NCBI GenBank assembly: GCA_963727445.1
Contig: CAVSGI010000021.1
Location: forward strand, 640,001-704,000
Length of the DNA: 64,000 nucleotides
Direction: 5' to 3'
From: an uncultured delta proteobacterium
Lineage (GTDB): Bacteria > Myxococcota_A > Polyangia > Polyangiales > B10-G4
Shown piece by piece: positions 11,186 through 21,444 of the stretch; position 1 is the stretch's first letter, and each line of letters begins with the position of its first letter. Both the position numbers and the translations under genes were made by a program. Under the pieces are notes generated by a model. It was given only the letters and a program-made list of their open reading frames with translations. It was not told the origin of the DNA and ran no database searches.

Positions 11186-11328
11186 GGAATCGGACGATAA
11201 TCGTGGGCGTCTCACCGGGTCAAGCGAGACGATTCCCGCTGGATCGAGTGGGCCGGGGGGCTCGGGGATGCCTTGACACCCCAAGGTGGACGTCCACAAA
11301 CTGTCGAAGCCTTTATCGAAAGGGGCCC

Positions 11329-14154
11329 GTGGCCAAGCAGAACCTCCTCCTCGTGGATGCCGATCCACGTAGCCGGCGCGTGCTCGAGGTGAGCCTTCGC
11401 AAGGCCGGCTACAGCATCACCGCGGTTTCCGATGCGGAAACCGCGTTGGAGATGGTTCTGCTCTCTTCTCCGGACCTGATCCTCTCGGACACCCGCCTGC
11501 CGGGCATGGACGGTTTCGAGCTGGTGGAGATGCTCCGGGGCGACGACGAGTCCAAGGGGATCCCCTTCGTCTTCCTCTCCAGCGACATCTCCCTCGAGAG
11601 CAAGGTCCGAGGCCTCGAGCTGGGCGTCGAGTACCTGACCAAGCCCATCTACATCAAAGAGGTCATCACCCGCGTGAACCTCGAGCTCCAGCGCAAGCAG
11701 CGCGAGGGGATGGGGACCGGCGGGCGGCGCGGCGCGGCGACCCGCTTCACGGGATCCCTGTCCGACATGGGGCTGGTCGATCTGCTGCAGACCATCGACA
11801 TCAGCCGCAAGAGCGGCGTCCTGCACCTCTCCTCGGGGGAGCAGCACGGGGCGATCTACTTCTACGAAGGCCAGGTCCTCGACGCCGAGCTGGGGCACCT
11901 CACGGGGGAGGCGGCGGTCTACCGCTTCCTGGTGTGGAACGAGGGCCGCTTCGAGGTCGACTTCCGCTCCACCGTGGATCGGGAACGCACCGTCGAAACG
12001 GCGACCCAGGGCCTGCTGATGGAGGGGATGCGCCGCCTCGACGAGTGGGGCCGCCTCCTCGAGCAGCTGCCGCCGCTGTCGAGCATCTTCGAGGTCTCCG
12101 ACGAGGAGCTCGTCGAGCGCCTGGCCGAGATCCCAGACGAGATCAACGACATCCTCAAGCACTTCGACGGCCGGCGCTCGTTGATGAGCGTGGTGGACGC
12201 CGCGGGCGGGGACGACATCGAGACCCTGAACGCGATCTCGAAGCTCTACTTCGAGGGGCTGATCTTCGATACCGGGCGCACCGGCCCCGAGCTGCCGCCG
12301 CTGGCGGACGTGCCGGAGGGCCTGTCGGAGCCCCCGCCACCCTTCGACGACGTCGATACCGGGCTGATCTCGCAGCTGGACTCGGGCGTGGTGCCCGGCG
12401 ACGACGCGACGCCGCTGCCGGGCCCGCTGCCCACGGTGGAGCGTGAAAAGTCTAACGGCGAGCGCGACGAAGTGTCCGCCGATGTGCCGAAGCGTGCCGA
12501 GAACGACGCCACTTTGGCGGAAGGGGAGGAGAAAAAGGCCGAAGAAGAGGCCGGCACGGAGGCTGCACCAGCGGCGGGGGCCGATGCACCCGAAGCTGAA
12601 GAGTCGAAGGCCGATGACGCATCCGAGCCGGGGGATACCTCGTCGGAAGAGTCGGCCCCGGAATCGGCAGCGGCAGAAAGCGGCCAATCCGACGTAGACG
12701 AAGTGGAAAACGCGACTACGACGGACGACTCACAGGACGAGGAAGAAGACGAGATGGCGAGGAAGGGCAGGCGCAGGAAAAAGGCTCGCAAGGCGAAACA
12801 GCGGAGGCAGGAGACTGCAGCCGCAGCGCAGAGCGAGGAAAAGAGCTCCGCAGAGCAGAGCAACGTCATCCAGTTTCCGGCGAAGGGCCTCGCGGTCGCC
12901 GCCGGTCACGACGTGATGACGAGCGACGCCGCGGACGATCTCGATCGCGACGCCGAGACGAGTCACACCCGCGAGCGCGAGGACGAGACTCAGACGCGCG
13001 TCCGTGAGGACAAGGCCCAAGAGGACAAGGGCGAAGAGGCCGAGGCGAAGAAGGCCGACGCCGAGGACGAGGCCGAGGCGAAGAAGGCCGAAGAGGCCGA
13101 GGCGAAGAAGGCCGACGCCGAGGACGAGGCCGAGGCGAAGAAGGCCGAAGAGGCCGAGGCGAAGAAGGCTGAAGAGGCCGACGCCGACGAAGAGGCCGAG
13201 GCAAAGGCCGAAGAGCCCAAGAAGGCGAAGGCCGATGCGTCCGACGAGGACGAGGAGGACGCGTCGAAGGGCGAGTCCAAGAAGAATCGCCGTCGCCGGG
13301 GCAAGAAGAGCCGCACCACTTCGTCGCAGCAGATCCGCGCCATCACCTCGACGGGTGAGCATCGCGCCGTCGCCGAGGACTTCTTCAAGGCGGACGCCTA
13401 CGAGAACAACCTCGAAGAGGACGAGAGCTGGGACGATCTCAAGGAGACCGCCGAGCCGATGTCGGAGAGCACGCGCAAGTACATGCGCTTCTCCATCGGC
13501 ACCGTCGCCGTCGCGGCAGTACTGATCGGTGGCTTCATGTTCTATCAGAAGGTGCTGATGCCGACGCCCGCGCCCCTCGGTGCGGTGGCGCCGGAGCTTC
13601 CGACGATGCCCACCCCGGAGCCCACGGCCGTGGCCGCGGTCGAGCAGGAAGAGGTCGTGGCCGAGGAGGTCGCGCCGCCGGCCGCCGAGGAAGTCGCCGC
13701 CACCGAGGGCACGGAAGAGGAGGGCGTCGTTGCCGAGGAAGGCACCGAGGTCGCCGCTGAAGAGGGCACCGAGGTCGCCGCCGAAGAGGAGGTCGTCGCC
13801 GAGGCGCCCCCCGAGCCGACGGGCGACTACGCCACCCTGCTCGAAGAGGCCCGCCGTCTTCGCGGAAATCGTGCCGTGGAGGGCTTCCGTGCCGCCATCG
13901 CCGCCGATCCCAACGGCTCGGAGGCGCTCGCAGACCTGGCGTTCATCCTGCTCAACCGCGGCAACAATCGCGAGGCGGCCGAGCTCGCCGCACGCGCGAC
14001 CGCGGTGGATCCGACCAGCAGCAAGGGCTGGATCACCCTCGGAGCGGCGCGCCAGGGCCTCAGGGACGAGCCAGGTGCGCGCGAGGCGTACCAGGCCTGC
14101 GTCGAGACGGGCCAGGGCCGCTACGTGAACGACTGCCGCGCGATGCTGCGGTAG
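11329..14154 (+). CDS. Response regulator + DUF4388 (PatA-N-like) + long acidic disordered linker + TM + TPR
   Basis: [39 protein letters not shown]...[14 protein letters not shown] at about 13490-13560; TPR-like C-terminus. Confidence 0.85.
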   Translation: MAKQNLLLVDADPRSRRVLEVSLRKAGYSITAVSDAETALEMVLLSSPDLILSDTRLPGMDGFELVEMLRGDDESKGIPFVFLSSDISLESKVRGLELGVEYLTKPIYIKEVITRVNLELQRKQREGMGTGGRRGAATRFTGSLSDMGLVDLLQTIDISRKSGVLHLSSGEQHGAIYFYEGQVLDAELGHLTGEAAVYRFLVWNEGRFEVDFRSTVDRERTVETATQGLLMEGMRRLDEWGRLLEQLPPLSSIFEVSDEELVERLAEIPDEINDILKHFDGRRSLMSVVDAAGGDDIETLNAISKLYFEGLIFDTGRTGPELPPLADVPEGLSEPPPPFDDVDTGLISQLDSGVVPGDDATPLPGPLPTVEREKSNGERDEVSADVPKRAENDATLAEGEEKKAEEEAGTEAAPAAGADAPEAEESKADDASEPGDTSSEESAPESAAAESGQSDVDEVENATTTDDSQDEEEDEMARKGRRRKKARKAKQRRQETAAAAQSEEKSSAEQSNVIQFPAKGLAVAAGHDVMTSDAADDLDRDAETSHTREREDETQTRVREDKAQEDKGEEAEAKKADAEDEAEAKKAEEAEAKKADAEDEAEAKKAEEAEAKKAEEADADEEAEAKAEEPKKAKADASDEDEEDASKGESKKNRRRRGKKSRTTSSQQIRAITSTGEHRAVAEDFFKADAYENNLEEDESWDDLKETAEPMSESTRKYMRFSIGTVAVAAVLIGGFMFYQKVLMPTPAPLGAVAPELPTMPTPEPTAVAAVEQEEVVAEEVAPPAAEEVAATEGTEEEGVVAEEGTEVAAEEGTEVAAEEEVVAEAPPEPTGDYATLLEEARRLRGNRAVEGFRAAIAADPNGSEALADLAFILLNRGNNREAAELAARATAVDPTSSKGWITLGAARQGLRDEPGAREAYQACVETGQGRYVNDCRAMLR
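13033..13230 (+). repeat. Intragenic imperfect tandem repeat encoding EAEAKKA(D/E)
   Basis: GAGGCCGAGGCGAAGAAGGC occurs about 5 times. Confidence 0.8.
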
Positions 14155-14181
14155 TTTCCCCAACCTGCTAGAACGCGCCGC

Positions 14182-14976
14182 ATGAAGATGCGGAACGGTC
14201 TGGTCGAATACACGGCCGACGAGGGCGTGGCGGTCGTCGAGCTGACGAATCCACCGGCCAACGCCTACAGCTACGAGATGATGCAGGACCTCGACGAGGC
14301 GGTGCTGAAGGCCCGCTTCGACGACGCGGTCCACGTCATCGTCCTGTCCGGAGCGGGCGACAAGTTCTTCTGCGCGGGCGCCGACATATCGATGCTCTCG
14401 TCGGTCACCACGCGCTTCAAATACAACTTCTGCCTCCACGCCAACGAGACGATGCTGCGCATCGAGAACACCAACAAGTTGGTGATCGCGGCGATGAAGG
14501 GGCACTGCGTCGGGGGCGGCCTGGAGATCGCCATGAGCGCCGACATTCGCGTCGCGGCGCGCGGCACCGGCAAGACGGGGCTGCCGGAGATCGCCCTCGG
14601 CGTGCTGCCGGGCACCGGCGGCACGCAGCGCCTCGCCCGACTCATCGGGCGCTCGCGGGCGATCGAGCTCATGACCGAGGGGCGCCTCCTCGACTACGAC
14701 GAGGCGGCGAGCTTCGGGCTGGTGAACCACGTCTGGGACGCGGAGAAGTTCGATGACGAGCTCCGCGCCTACGCGCGCGGGTTCTGCCCGCCGGGCAAGG
14801 CGAGCCTCTCCGCCGGCTTCATCAAGCGCGCCGTTCACGGCGGTATCGACGGGTCCATCTACGACGGCCTCGCCCTCGAGCGCGAGCTCCAGCAGCGTCT
14901 CTTCGAGAGCGCCGACGCCGCCGAAGGCCTGGCCGCCTACGTCGAGAAGCGAAAGCCCTCCTTCACAGGGAAGTGA
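14182..14976 (+). CDS. Enoyl-CoA hydratase/isomerase family protein
   Basis: FFCAGADI, GHCVGGGLEIA, GLPEIALGVLPGTGGTQRL, EKRKPSFTGK. Confidence 0.92.
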   Translation: MKMRNGLVEYTADEGVAVVELTNPPANAYSYEMMQDLDEAVLKARFDDAVHVIVLSGAGDKFFCAGADISMLSSVTTRFKYNFCLHANETMLRIENTNKLVIAAMKGHCVGGGLEIAMSADIRVAARGTGKTGLPEIALGVLPGTGGTQRLARLIGRSRAIELMTEGRLLDYDEAASFGLVNHVWDAEKFDDELRAYARGFCPPGKASLSAGFIKRAVHGGIDGSIYDGLALERELQQRLFESADAAEGLAAYVEKRKPSFTGK

Positions 14977-14980
14977 TCAG

Positions 14981-16195
14981 ATGACCAAAGAAGCCGTCCT
15001 CATCGACGCCGTACGTTCCCCCATCGGAAAGCACCGCGGAGGCCTCGCGCGCGTCCGCCCCGACGACCTCGCTGCCCACGTCCTGGGCGCGCTCCTCGAT
15101 CGCAACGCGCCGGCGCGCGAGCACGTCGAAGAGATCGTGATGGGCGCGACCAACCAGGCGGGCGAGGACAACCGCAACATCGCGCGGATGTCGGCGCTCC
15201 TCGCCGGGCTGCCCTACGAGGTCACCGGCGTCACGCTGAACCGCCTCTGCGGCTCGGGCCTCGAGGCGGTGATCCAGGCGAGCCGCGCGATCCGCCTCGG
15301 CGACCAGGAGCTGGTGGTGGCGGGCGGCGTCGAGTCCATGAGCCGCGCTCCTTACGCCATGCCCAAGGCCGACGAGCCCTTCCCGCGCAGGCCGCCCCCC
15401 ATCTACGACACCAGCCTCGGTTGGCGTTTCCCCAACCCGAAGATGAAGGAGCGCTTTCCCCTCGTCTCGATGGGTGAGACGGCGGAGAACGTGGCGGAAA
15501 AGTACGGCGTGAGCCGTGAGGATCAGGACGCCTTCGCCCTCGAGAGCCATCAGAAAGCCGCCAGGGCGTGGGAGGCCGGTGTCTTCGACGACGAGGTGGT
15601 GGCGGTCACGGTGCCCCCGGCCCACAAGCGCGCCAGCGAGACGGTGGTGGAGCGGGACGAGTCGATCCGCGCCGACAGCACCCTCGAGGCCCTCGCCAAG
15701 CTTCGCCCCGTCTTCCGCGAGGGCGGAAGCGTCACCGCCGGCAACTCCTCGCCCCTCAACGACGGCGCCGCGGCGGTGCTCATGGCCTCGGACGAGTTCG
15801 CGAAGGCCCACGATCTGAGGCCCATCGCGCGGGTGCGCGCCAGCGCGGTGGCTGGCGTCGAGCCGAACATGATGGGCATCGGGCCGATCCCGGCGACGCA
15901 GAAAGCCCTCGCGAAGGCGAAGCTCACGGCGAAGGATCTCGATCTGGTCGAGCTCAACGAGGCCTTCGCCGCGCAGTCGCTCGCGTGTGTGCGCGAGCTC
16001 GGCCTCGATCCCACCAAGGTGAACGTGGGCGGCGGCGCCATCGCGCTCGGTCACCCCATCGGGTGCAGCGGCGCGCGCATCGTAGGCACGCTCCTTCACG
16101 CGATGAAGAAGCGGGATGCGACCCTGGGCCTGGCCACGCTCTGCATCGGCGTGGGGCAGGGACTCGCGGTGATCCTCGAGAGAGTCGACTCGTGA
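14981..16195 (+). CDS. Acetyl-CoA C-acyltransferase (PcaF/PaaJ-like 3-oxoadipyl-CoA thiolase)
   Basis: NQAGEDNRNIAR, NRLCGSG, NEAFA, GHPIGCSG, LCIGVGQG. Confidence 0.93.
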   Translation: MTKEAVLIDAVRSPIGKHRGGLARVRPDDLAAHVLGALLDRNAPAREHVEEIVMGATNQAGEDNRNIARMSALLAGLPYEVTGVTLNRLCGSGLEAVIQASRAIRLGDQELVVAGGVESMSRAPYAMPKADEPFPRRPPPIYDTSLGWRFPNPKMKERFPLVSMGETAENVAEKYGVSREDQDAFALESHQKAARAWEAGVFDDEVVAVTVPPAHKRASETVVERDESIRADSTLEALAKLRPVFREGGSVTAGNSSPLNDGAAAVLMASDEFAKAHDLRPIARVRASAVAGVEPNMMGIGPIPATQKALAKAKLTAKDLDLVELNEAFAAQSLACVRELGLDPTKVNVGGGAIALGHPIGCSGARIVGTLLHAMKKRDATLGLATLCIGVGQGLAVILERVDS

Positions 16196-17226
16196 GCGAG
16201 ACGAAGCTGGTCACGGCGGTGATCGGCGCAGGCGGTTGGGGGCAGAACCACGTTCGTACCTTCGCCACCCTGGCGGGCGTCGAGCTTCGCTACGTCTGTG
16301 ACCGCAGCGATCAGGTCCTGTCCTCCATCCGCCAGCGTTTCCCGGCGGTGACGGCGTGCGGCGACCTGCCGCGGGTGCTGGCGGACGAGGAGGTCCAGGC
16401 TTTGGTGGTCGCCACCGACGCGCCCAACCACTTCCCGGTGGCCAAAGCCGCGCTCGGTGCCGGCAAGCACGTCTTCGTGGAAAAACCGCTCACGCTCTCT
16501 CCGCACGATTCGGACGCGTTGGTGAAGCTCGCCGAAGAGAAGGGGTTGGTCCTGATGGTCGACCATCTGCTCCTCTTCCATTCGGCCGTCCGCCGTTTGA
16601 AGCAGCTGGTGGACGCTGGAGAGCTCGGCCAGGTGCTCTACGTGACGGCGCAACGTCTGAACCTCGGCGTGGTCCGGCGCGACGAGAACGCCTGGTGGTC
16701 CCTCGCACCCCACGACATCTCGGTGATCAACTACCTCCTCGACGCCGAGCCGGTTTCGGTGAGCGCGACCGGGGGCGCGTTCCTTCAGGAGGAGAGGGGC
16801 GTCGAGGACGTGGTCTTCGCCTCCCTCGAGTATCCCGGGGGTCGCATGGCGCACGTTCACGTGAGCTGGCTGGACCCGCACAAGACGCGCCGGCTGGTCG
16901 TCGTGGGCGACAAGAAGATGGCCGTCTTCGACGACACCTCCGTGGACCAGAAGCTCACCCTCTACGACAAGGGTGTCGAGCCGCCGCCGAGCGCGGTCAG
17001 CTACGCCGATGCGATGCGCGTCCGCAAGGGAGACATCCTGATCCCCGCGCTCAGCCTTCAGGAGCCGCTCCGCACCGCCTGCCAGGCGTTCGTGGACGCC
17101 GTTCGACGCGGTCGGGCGGCGCTCTCCGACGGCGCATCCGGCGCCGGCGTGGTTCGCGTCCTCGAAGCGGGCTCGCGGTCCCTCGCCGAAGCCGGGCGGC
17201 GGGTCGAGATCGGAGCGGCACCTTGA
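16192..17226 (+). CDS. Gfo/Idh/MocA oxidoreductase (WbpB/WlbA-like sugar 3-dehydrogenase)
   Basis: [34 protein letters not shown] overlap with the thiolase stop. Confidence 0.85.
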   Translation: MSETKLVTAVIGAGGWGQNHVRTFATLAGVELRYVCDRSDQVLSSIRQRFPAVTACGDLPRVLADEEVQALVVATDAPNHFPVAKAALGAGKHVFVEKPLTLSPHDSDALVKLAEEKGLVLMVDHLLLFHSAVRRLKQLVDAGELGQVLYVTAQRLNLGVVRRDENAWWSLAPHDISVINYLLDAEPVSVSATGGAFLQEERGVEDVVFASLEYPGGRMAHVHVSWLDPHKTRRLVVVGDKKMAVFDDTSVDQKLTLYDKGVEPPPSAVSYADAMRVRKGDILIPALSLQEPLRTACQAFVDAVRRGRAALSDGASGAGVVRVLEAGSRSLAEAGRRVEIGAAP

Positions 17227-17811
17227 GCGGGATCAGCCCGGACGCGTTCGTTCACGAGACCGCCGTCGTCGACGACGGCGTCACCATCGGCGCGAAGACC
17301 AAGGTGTGGCACTTCGTCCACGTCTCGAAGGGCGCGCGCATCGGCGAGCGCTGCGTCCTCGGGCAGAACGTCTACGTGGGCAACGACGTGCCCATCGGGG
17401 ACGGCGTTCGCGTTCAGAACAACGTCTCCATCTATACGGGTGTCACCGTGGAGGAGGACGCGTTCCTCGGGCCGAGCTGCGTCTTCACCAACGTCGTCAA
17501 TCCCCGGTCCTTCGTGGAGCGCAAGGACGAGTATCGGGGGACCGTCGTCGGCCGAGGCGCTAGCGTCGGAGCGAACGCGGTGATCGTCTGCGGCCACGAT
17601 CTGGGCGCCTACTCTTTCGTCGGGGCGGGCTCGGTGGTCACCAAGAACGTTCCTCCCTACGCGCTGGTCGTGGGCAATCCGGCGCGACAGAATCGGCTGG
17701 ATTTGTCGCTGCGGGGAGCGCCTCGGCTCCGGCGACGCGCCTGCGTGCGATAGCTGCGGCGCGACCTATCGCCTCGAGGGCGACCTTCTCTCGCCCGTGG
17801 AAAACGCATGA
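17223..17811 (+). CDS. Hexapeptide-repeat N-acetyltransferase (WbpD/WlbB-like; frameshift ~17690)
   Basis: [33 protein letters not shown]. Correcting GAATC to GATC gives [19 protein letters not shown] and a stop at the ATGA overlap with the next gene. Confidence 0.88.
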
Positions 17812-18938
17812 CCGTCACACCCATCCCCTTCCTCGATCTCGCCGCGCAGAACGGACCCCTCGAGGGCCGCATCCGCGAGGCGATGGACCGCGTCATCCGC
17901 TCGAACCACTTCATCAACGGCCCGGAGGTCTCCGCTTTCGAATCGGAGATCGCCGAAGCGCTCGGCGTGGCCCACGCGATGGGCGTCTCCAGTGGAACCG
18001 ACGCGCTGGTCGTCTCACTGATGGCGCTCGGCATCGGCGCCGGCGACGAGGTGATCACCAGCCCCTTCACCTTCTTCGCGACCGCGGGGAGCATCCATCG
18101 CCTCGGCGCGCGCCCGGTCTTCGTCGACATCGAGCGGGGCACCATGAACCTCGACCCGTCTCTCCTCGAGGCGGCCATCAACGAGCGCACCAAGGCGATC
18201 ATGCCGGTGCACCTCTTCGGTCAGCCCTGCGACATGACCCCCATCCGCGCCCTCGCTGCCGAGCGGAACATCCCGATCGTGGAGGACGCGGCGCAGGCCA
18301 TCGGCGCGACCCACCCCGACGGGCCGGTGGGCGGCCTCGGCGCGCTCGGCTGTTTCAGCTTCTTCCCCTCCAAGAATCTCGGCGCCTTCGGCGACGGCGG
18401 CCTCGTCACCACCGACGATGCGGAGCTCGCCGAGCGGGTCCGCGTCCTGCGCGCCCACGGGGCGAAGCCGAAGTACTTTCATCACCTCGTCGGCGGCAAC
18501 TTCCGCCTGGACGCCATTCAGGCCGCGGTCCTCAGGGTGAAGCTTCCGTATCTCGAGGCGTGGACCAACGCCCGCCGCGACAACGCCAACCGCTACGACG
18601 GCGCCTTCGCCGAGGAGGAGCTCCCGCCCGCACGCCTCACGACCCCGCCCCGCGTCTTCGAGGGGCACATCTACAACCAGTACGTGATCCGCACCGATCG
18701 CCGGGACGCCCTCGCAGCGCACCTCGACGGCCTAGGGATCGGCAACGTCATCTACTATCCGCGCGCCCTTCACCTGCAGGAGTGCTTCGCCGACCTCGGC
18801 TATCGCCCCGGAGACCTCCCGGTCTCGGAAGAGGCCACGGGTGAGGTGCTGGCCCTGCCCATCTACGCCGAGCTGGGTCCGGAGCAGCAGGCCCACGTCA
18901 TCCGGGAGGTCTCGGCCTTCCTTTCGAGCGTCGAATGA
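17808..18938 (+). CDS. DegT/DnrJ/EryC1/StrS aminotransferase (WbpE/WlbC-like)
   Basis: IPFLDL, SSGTDAL, EDAAQAIG, SFFPSKNLGAFGDGG, NFRLDAIQAA. Confidence 0.93.
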   Translation: MTVTPIPFLDLAAQNGPLEGRIREAMDRVIRSNHFINGPEVSAFESEIAEALGVAHAMGVSSGTDALVVSLMALGIGAGDEVITSPFTFFATAGSIHRLGARPVFVDIERGTMNLDPSLLEAAINERTKAIMPVHLFGQPCDMTPIRALAAERNIPIVEDAAQAIGATHPDGPVGGLGALGCFSFFPSKNLGAFGDGGLVTTDDAELAERVRVLRAHGAKPKYFHHLVGGNFRLDAIQAAVLRVKLPYLEAWTNARRDNANRYDGAFAEEELPPARLTTPPRVFEGHIYNQYVIRTDRRDALAAHLDGLGIGNVIYYPRALHLQECFADLGYRPGDLPVSEEATGEVLALPIYAELGPEQQAHVIREVSAFLSSVE

Positions 18939-18990
18939 CACTCAGGATCTTGCCCCCATCCCCCTGGGGCAGAATAATTGTCCTCCCCAG

Positions 18991-19662
18991 GTGGTAGACG
19001 AGCCGAAAGTGGACGAAGCGACCCCCGAGACCCCCGCCGAGGAGGAGGTGCAGGCCCCAGCCCGCAAGCGTGGCCTGCGTTGGGAGCACGTTCGCACCGT
19101 CGCCCTCGCCGTGCTCCTGGCCTTGAGCATCCGGGCGGGTCTGGCCCAGGCATATCTGGTGGAAGGACCCTCCATGGAGCCGACCCTCCAGAACGGTGAG
19201 CGCGTCCTGGTGGTGAAGTACCCCTATGGTCTGACGCTCCCCACCGCGGAGCAGGCGCTGATCAACTGGTCGCGCCCGGAGCTCGGCGACGTGGTCATCC
19301 TCGCGAGCCCCATCGACGGCACCGACCTCGTCAAGCGCGTGGTGGGGCTGCCCGGCGATCGGGTCGCCATCCGCGACGGCGAGGTCTTCGTGAACGGCCG
19401 CGCCCTCGCCACCGGTGTCACCGGGGACTGTCCGCCGCCGGTCGACGAAGAAGGCTGCGTCTGGACCGAAGAGAGCTCGGGCCCCAACCACTGGCACACC
19501 CGTCGCTCACCCTACAGCGTCCCGGAGACGCACCCTCCGATCATCGTGCCCCAGGGATCGGTCTACGTGCTCGGCGATCACCGCGATCGCAGCAACGACA
19601 GTCGCTACTTCGGGCCCGTCGCCGTGAGCCGGGTTCGCGGACGCGTCGTCTTCGTCGACTGA
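18991..19662 (+). CDS. lepB: Signal peptidase I
   Basis: TM helix; GPSMEPTL (Ser), LVKRVVGLPGD (Lys), GDHRDRSNDSRYFG. Start uncertain (18991 or 19009). Confidence 0.9.
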   Translation: MVDEPKVDEATPETPAEEEVQAPARKRGLRWEHVRTVALAVLLALSIRAGLAQAYLVEGPSMEPTLQNGERVLVVKYPYGLTLPTAEQALINWSRPELGDVVILASPIDGTDLVKRVVGLPGDRVAIRDGEVFVNGRALATGVTGDCPPPVDEEGCVWTEESSGPNHWHTRRSPYSVPETHPPIIVPQGSVYVLGDHRDRSNDSRYFGPVAVSRVRGRVVFVD

Positions 19663-19671
19663 CGCGCGCCG

Positions 19672-20163
19672 TCAGACCGGCGCGAGCCGCTGAGCCAGGT
19701 GCATGAAGAAGCGACCCAGGTCGTGACGCAGGTCCGACCACGCCTCGCGCATCTGCTCGCGGAAGGGACGCGCAGGCTTCAGCACCAACGAGCCGCCGAT
19801 CACCACTTCGCGCGTCGGCTCACGGCGCTGGATCTCGAAGGGCACGGTCTCGTCGCGTCGCTTCTTCGCGGTCTCGAAGCGCGGCGCGGTCTGGTCTTCA
19901 CGCTCGGGCTTCAGGTAGCTGAGCTCCATCACCAGGCTCGGCGTGTCGCCATCGATGTCGACGCTGATCCAGTCGATGCTCGCCGTTCGCCCCTCGGCGT
20001 CCCGCACGTTGCTCGACAGCTTCAAGAAGGGGAGCGCCTGGCTCACGGTCAGGCCCTCGGGGCCACGCCGCATCACGTTCGTGCGGACCGGCGATCCCAG
20101 GGTTTCGAGGTGCAGGCTCGTTCTCTCCATGCCGTTCATTTCGCCCTCCAACCTCTGGACCAT
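19672..20163 (-). CDS. Hypothetical protein
   Basis: GC3-biased ORF between lepB and the HAD gene; no recognised motif. Confidence 0.6.
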   Translation of the reverse strand: MVQRLEGEMNGMERTSLHLETLGSPVRTNVMRRGPEGLTVSQALPFLKLSSNVRDAEGRTASIDWISVDIDGDTPSLVMELSYLKPEREDQTAPRFETAKKRRDETVPFEIQRREPTREVVIGGSLVLKPARPFREQMREAWSDLRHDLGRFFMHLAQRLAPV

Positions 20164-20207
20164 CTCCCCGTCGCCGACGAGTGTCCAAAAAGTGCGCGAC
20201 AGCTCTC

Positions 20208-20915
20208 TCAGGTGGCTCGCAGCCAGGCGTCGAGCAGGTCCGTTACCGCGCGAATTTTGGGTGCATCATCGTAATCGGGATAGTGGGCGAAGGGGTCGAT
20301 CAGCACCGCGCCCATCCCGGCGGCGCGAGCGCCATCGACGTCCACCGTCGGGACGTCGCCCACGTAGATCGCGTCCTTCGCCTCGACGTTCATCCGCGAC
20401 AGGGCGCGGCGGAAGATCTCCGGATCGGGCTTCGAGATCCCTTCGACGCCCGAGTCGACGATCACCTCGACGAGCGGGCTCACGCCGACGTGCGCGAGGA
20501 TCTCGGCGACCCGCCCTTCGGAGTTGGAGACCACGCCCAGGCGTAGCCCTTCGGCCTTCGCGTGCGCGAGCGCCGGGAGCAGTCCTTCGGGAACGCGACG
20601 CCACAGGTTGAGCTCGTCGTGCGCCTCGCGCAGGAGGCGCACCAGCGCCGGTGCGCGCGTGTGCTCCACACCGGCGGCTTCGAGGAGCGCCTGCATGTGG
20701 GTGAACCACCCCTCGTCATGAGAGCCGCCCTCGGCGAGGAGCGCCTCGTAGCGTCGTTTCGCGGGCGCCTGCGCGTCGCGGATCACTTCGGGGGCGATCT
20801 CCACGCCCGCGCGCGCCCGGAGCTCTTCGGACACCGCCTCCTCGTCGAGAAAAATGACGGTGTTGCCCGCATCGAGAAGCAGCGCGCCTGGGCGCTCGGG
20901 CAGCTTTGGGGTCAC
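20208..20915 (-). CDS. HAD-superfamily hydrolase (subfamily IA)
   Basis: LLDAGNTV, VVSNS, SKPDPEIF, YVGD..VDVDGARAAGM. Confidence 0.9.
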   Translation of the reverse strand: MTPKLPERPGALLLDAGNTVIFLDEEAVSEELRARAGVEIAPEVIRDAQAPAKRRYEALLAEGGSHDEGWFTHMQALLEAAGVEHTRAPALVRLLREAHDELNLWRRVPEGLLPALAHAKAEGLRLGVVSNSEGRVAEILAHVGVSPLVEVIVDSGVEGISKPDPEIFRRALSRMNVEAKDAIYVGDVPTVDVDGARAAGMGAVLIDPFAHYPDYDDAPKIRAVTDLLDAWLRAT

Positions 20916-20920
20916 GAGGT

Positions 20921-21012
20921 GCGCACTCCCGGCTCGTGCCCACTGCGCTCCGGCCCCGCTCCGCGCCGCTGGGCGGCGCTCTGCGGGTCCTTCCGCTCCG
21001 TGGTCACGAGCC
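20921..21012. repeat. Intergenic palindromic REP-like element
   Basis: GGCTCGTGCCCAC (20931-20943) pairs with GTGGTCACGAGCC (21000-21012); inner hairpin GCGCCGC-TGG-GCGGCGC; shares a 15-mer with the 105-bp repeats at 32.4 kb. Confidence 0.55.
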
Positions 21013-21022
21013 TTCTCGGGGA

Positions 21023-21406
21023 CTACAGAAGGTCGAGCAAGCGCCTTGCGCGCTGGCCCGCGACTTCGAGGAGCTCCTTCGCCTCGTCTTCGGGGATGTG
21101 GAGCTTGGCGACCAGCTCGTTCAGCACCTTGACCTCGTCATCGGTCTGGCGACCGTCGATGTAGGTGACGATCACCGCGTGCTGGAGCAGGAGGCGGCGG
21201 TCGTGGGCCGAGAGCTCGGTCAGCGGAACGTCGTCGAGGGAGCGCGGCGTCTTGGCGTACTCCCGCACCTGGTTCGCGTCGTCCCCTTTGATCTCGAACG
21301 CGGACAGGAGGGCCTCGATGACCTCCGACTCCTCGTCCTCCATCCGGCCGTCCGCCCAGGCGACGGCGACCAGCGACTTCACCATGGCTTCCTGATGATC
21401 CTCCAT
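21023..21406 (-). CDS. TerB-like (tellurite resistance/DjlA-N fold) protein
   Basis: LVAVAWADGRMEDEE and VTYIDGRQTDDE duplicated motifs. Confidence 0.8.
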   Translation of the reverse strand: MEDHQEAMVKSLVAVAWADGRMEDEESEVIEALLSAFEIKGDDANQVREYAKTPRSLDDVPLTELSAHDRRLLLQHAVIVTYIDGRQTDDEVKVLNELVAKLHIPEDEAKELLEVAGQRARRLLDLL

Positions 21407-21444
21407 GGACCCTCCTAGGGCGGCGAGGCTACCATTCGCGAGCG

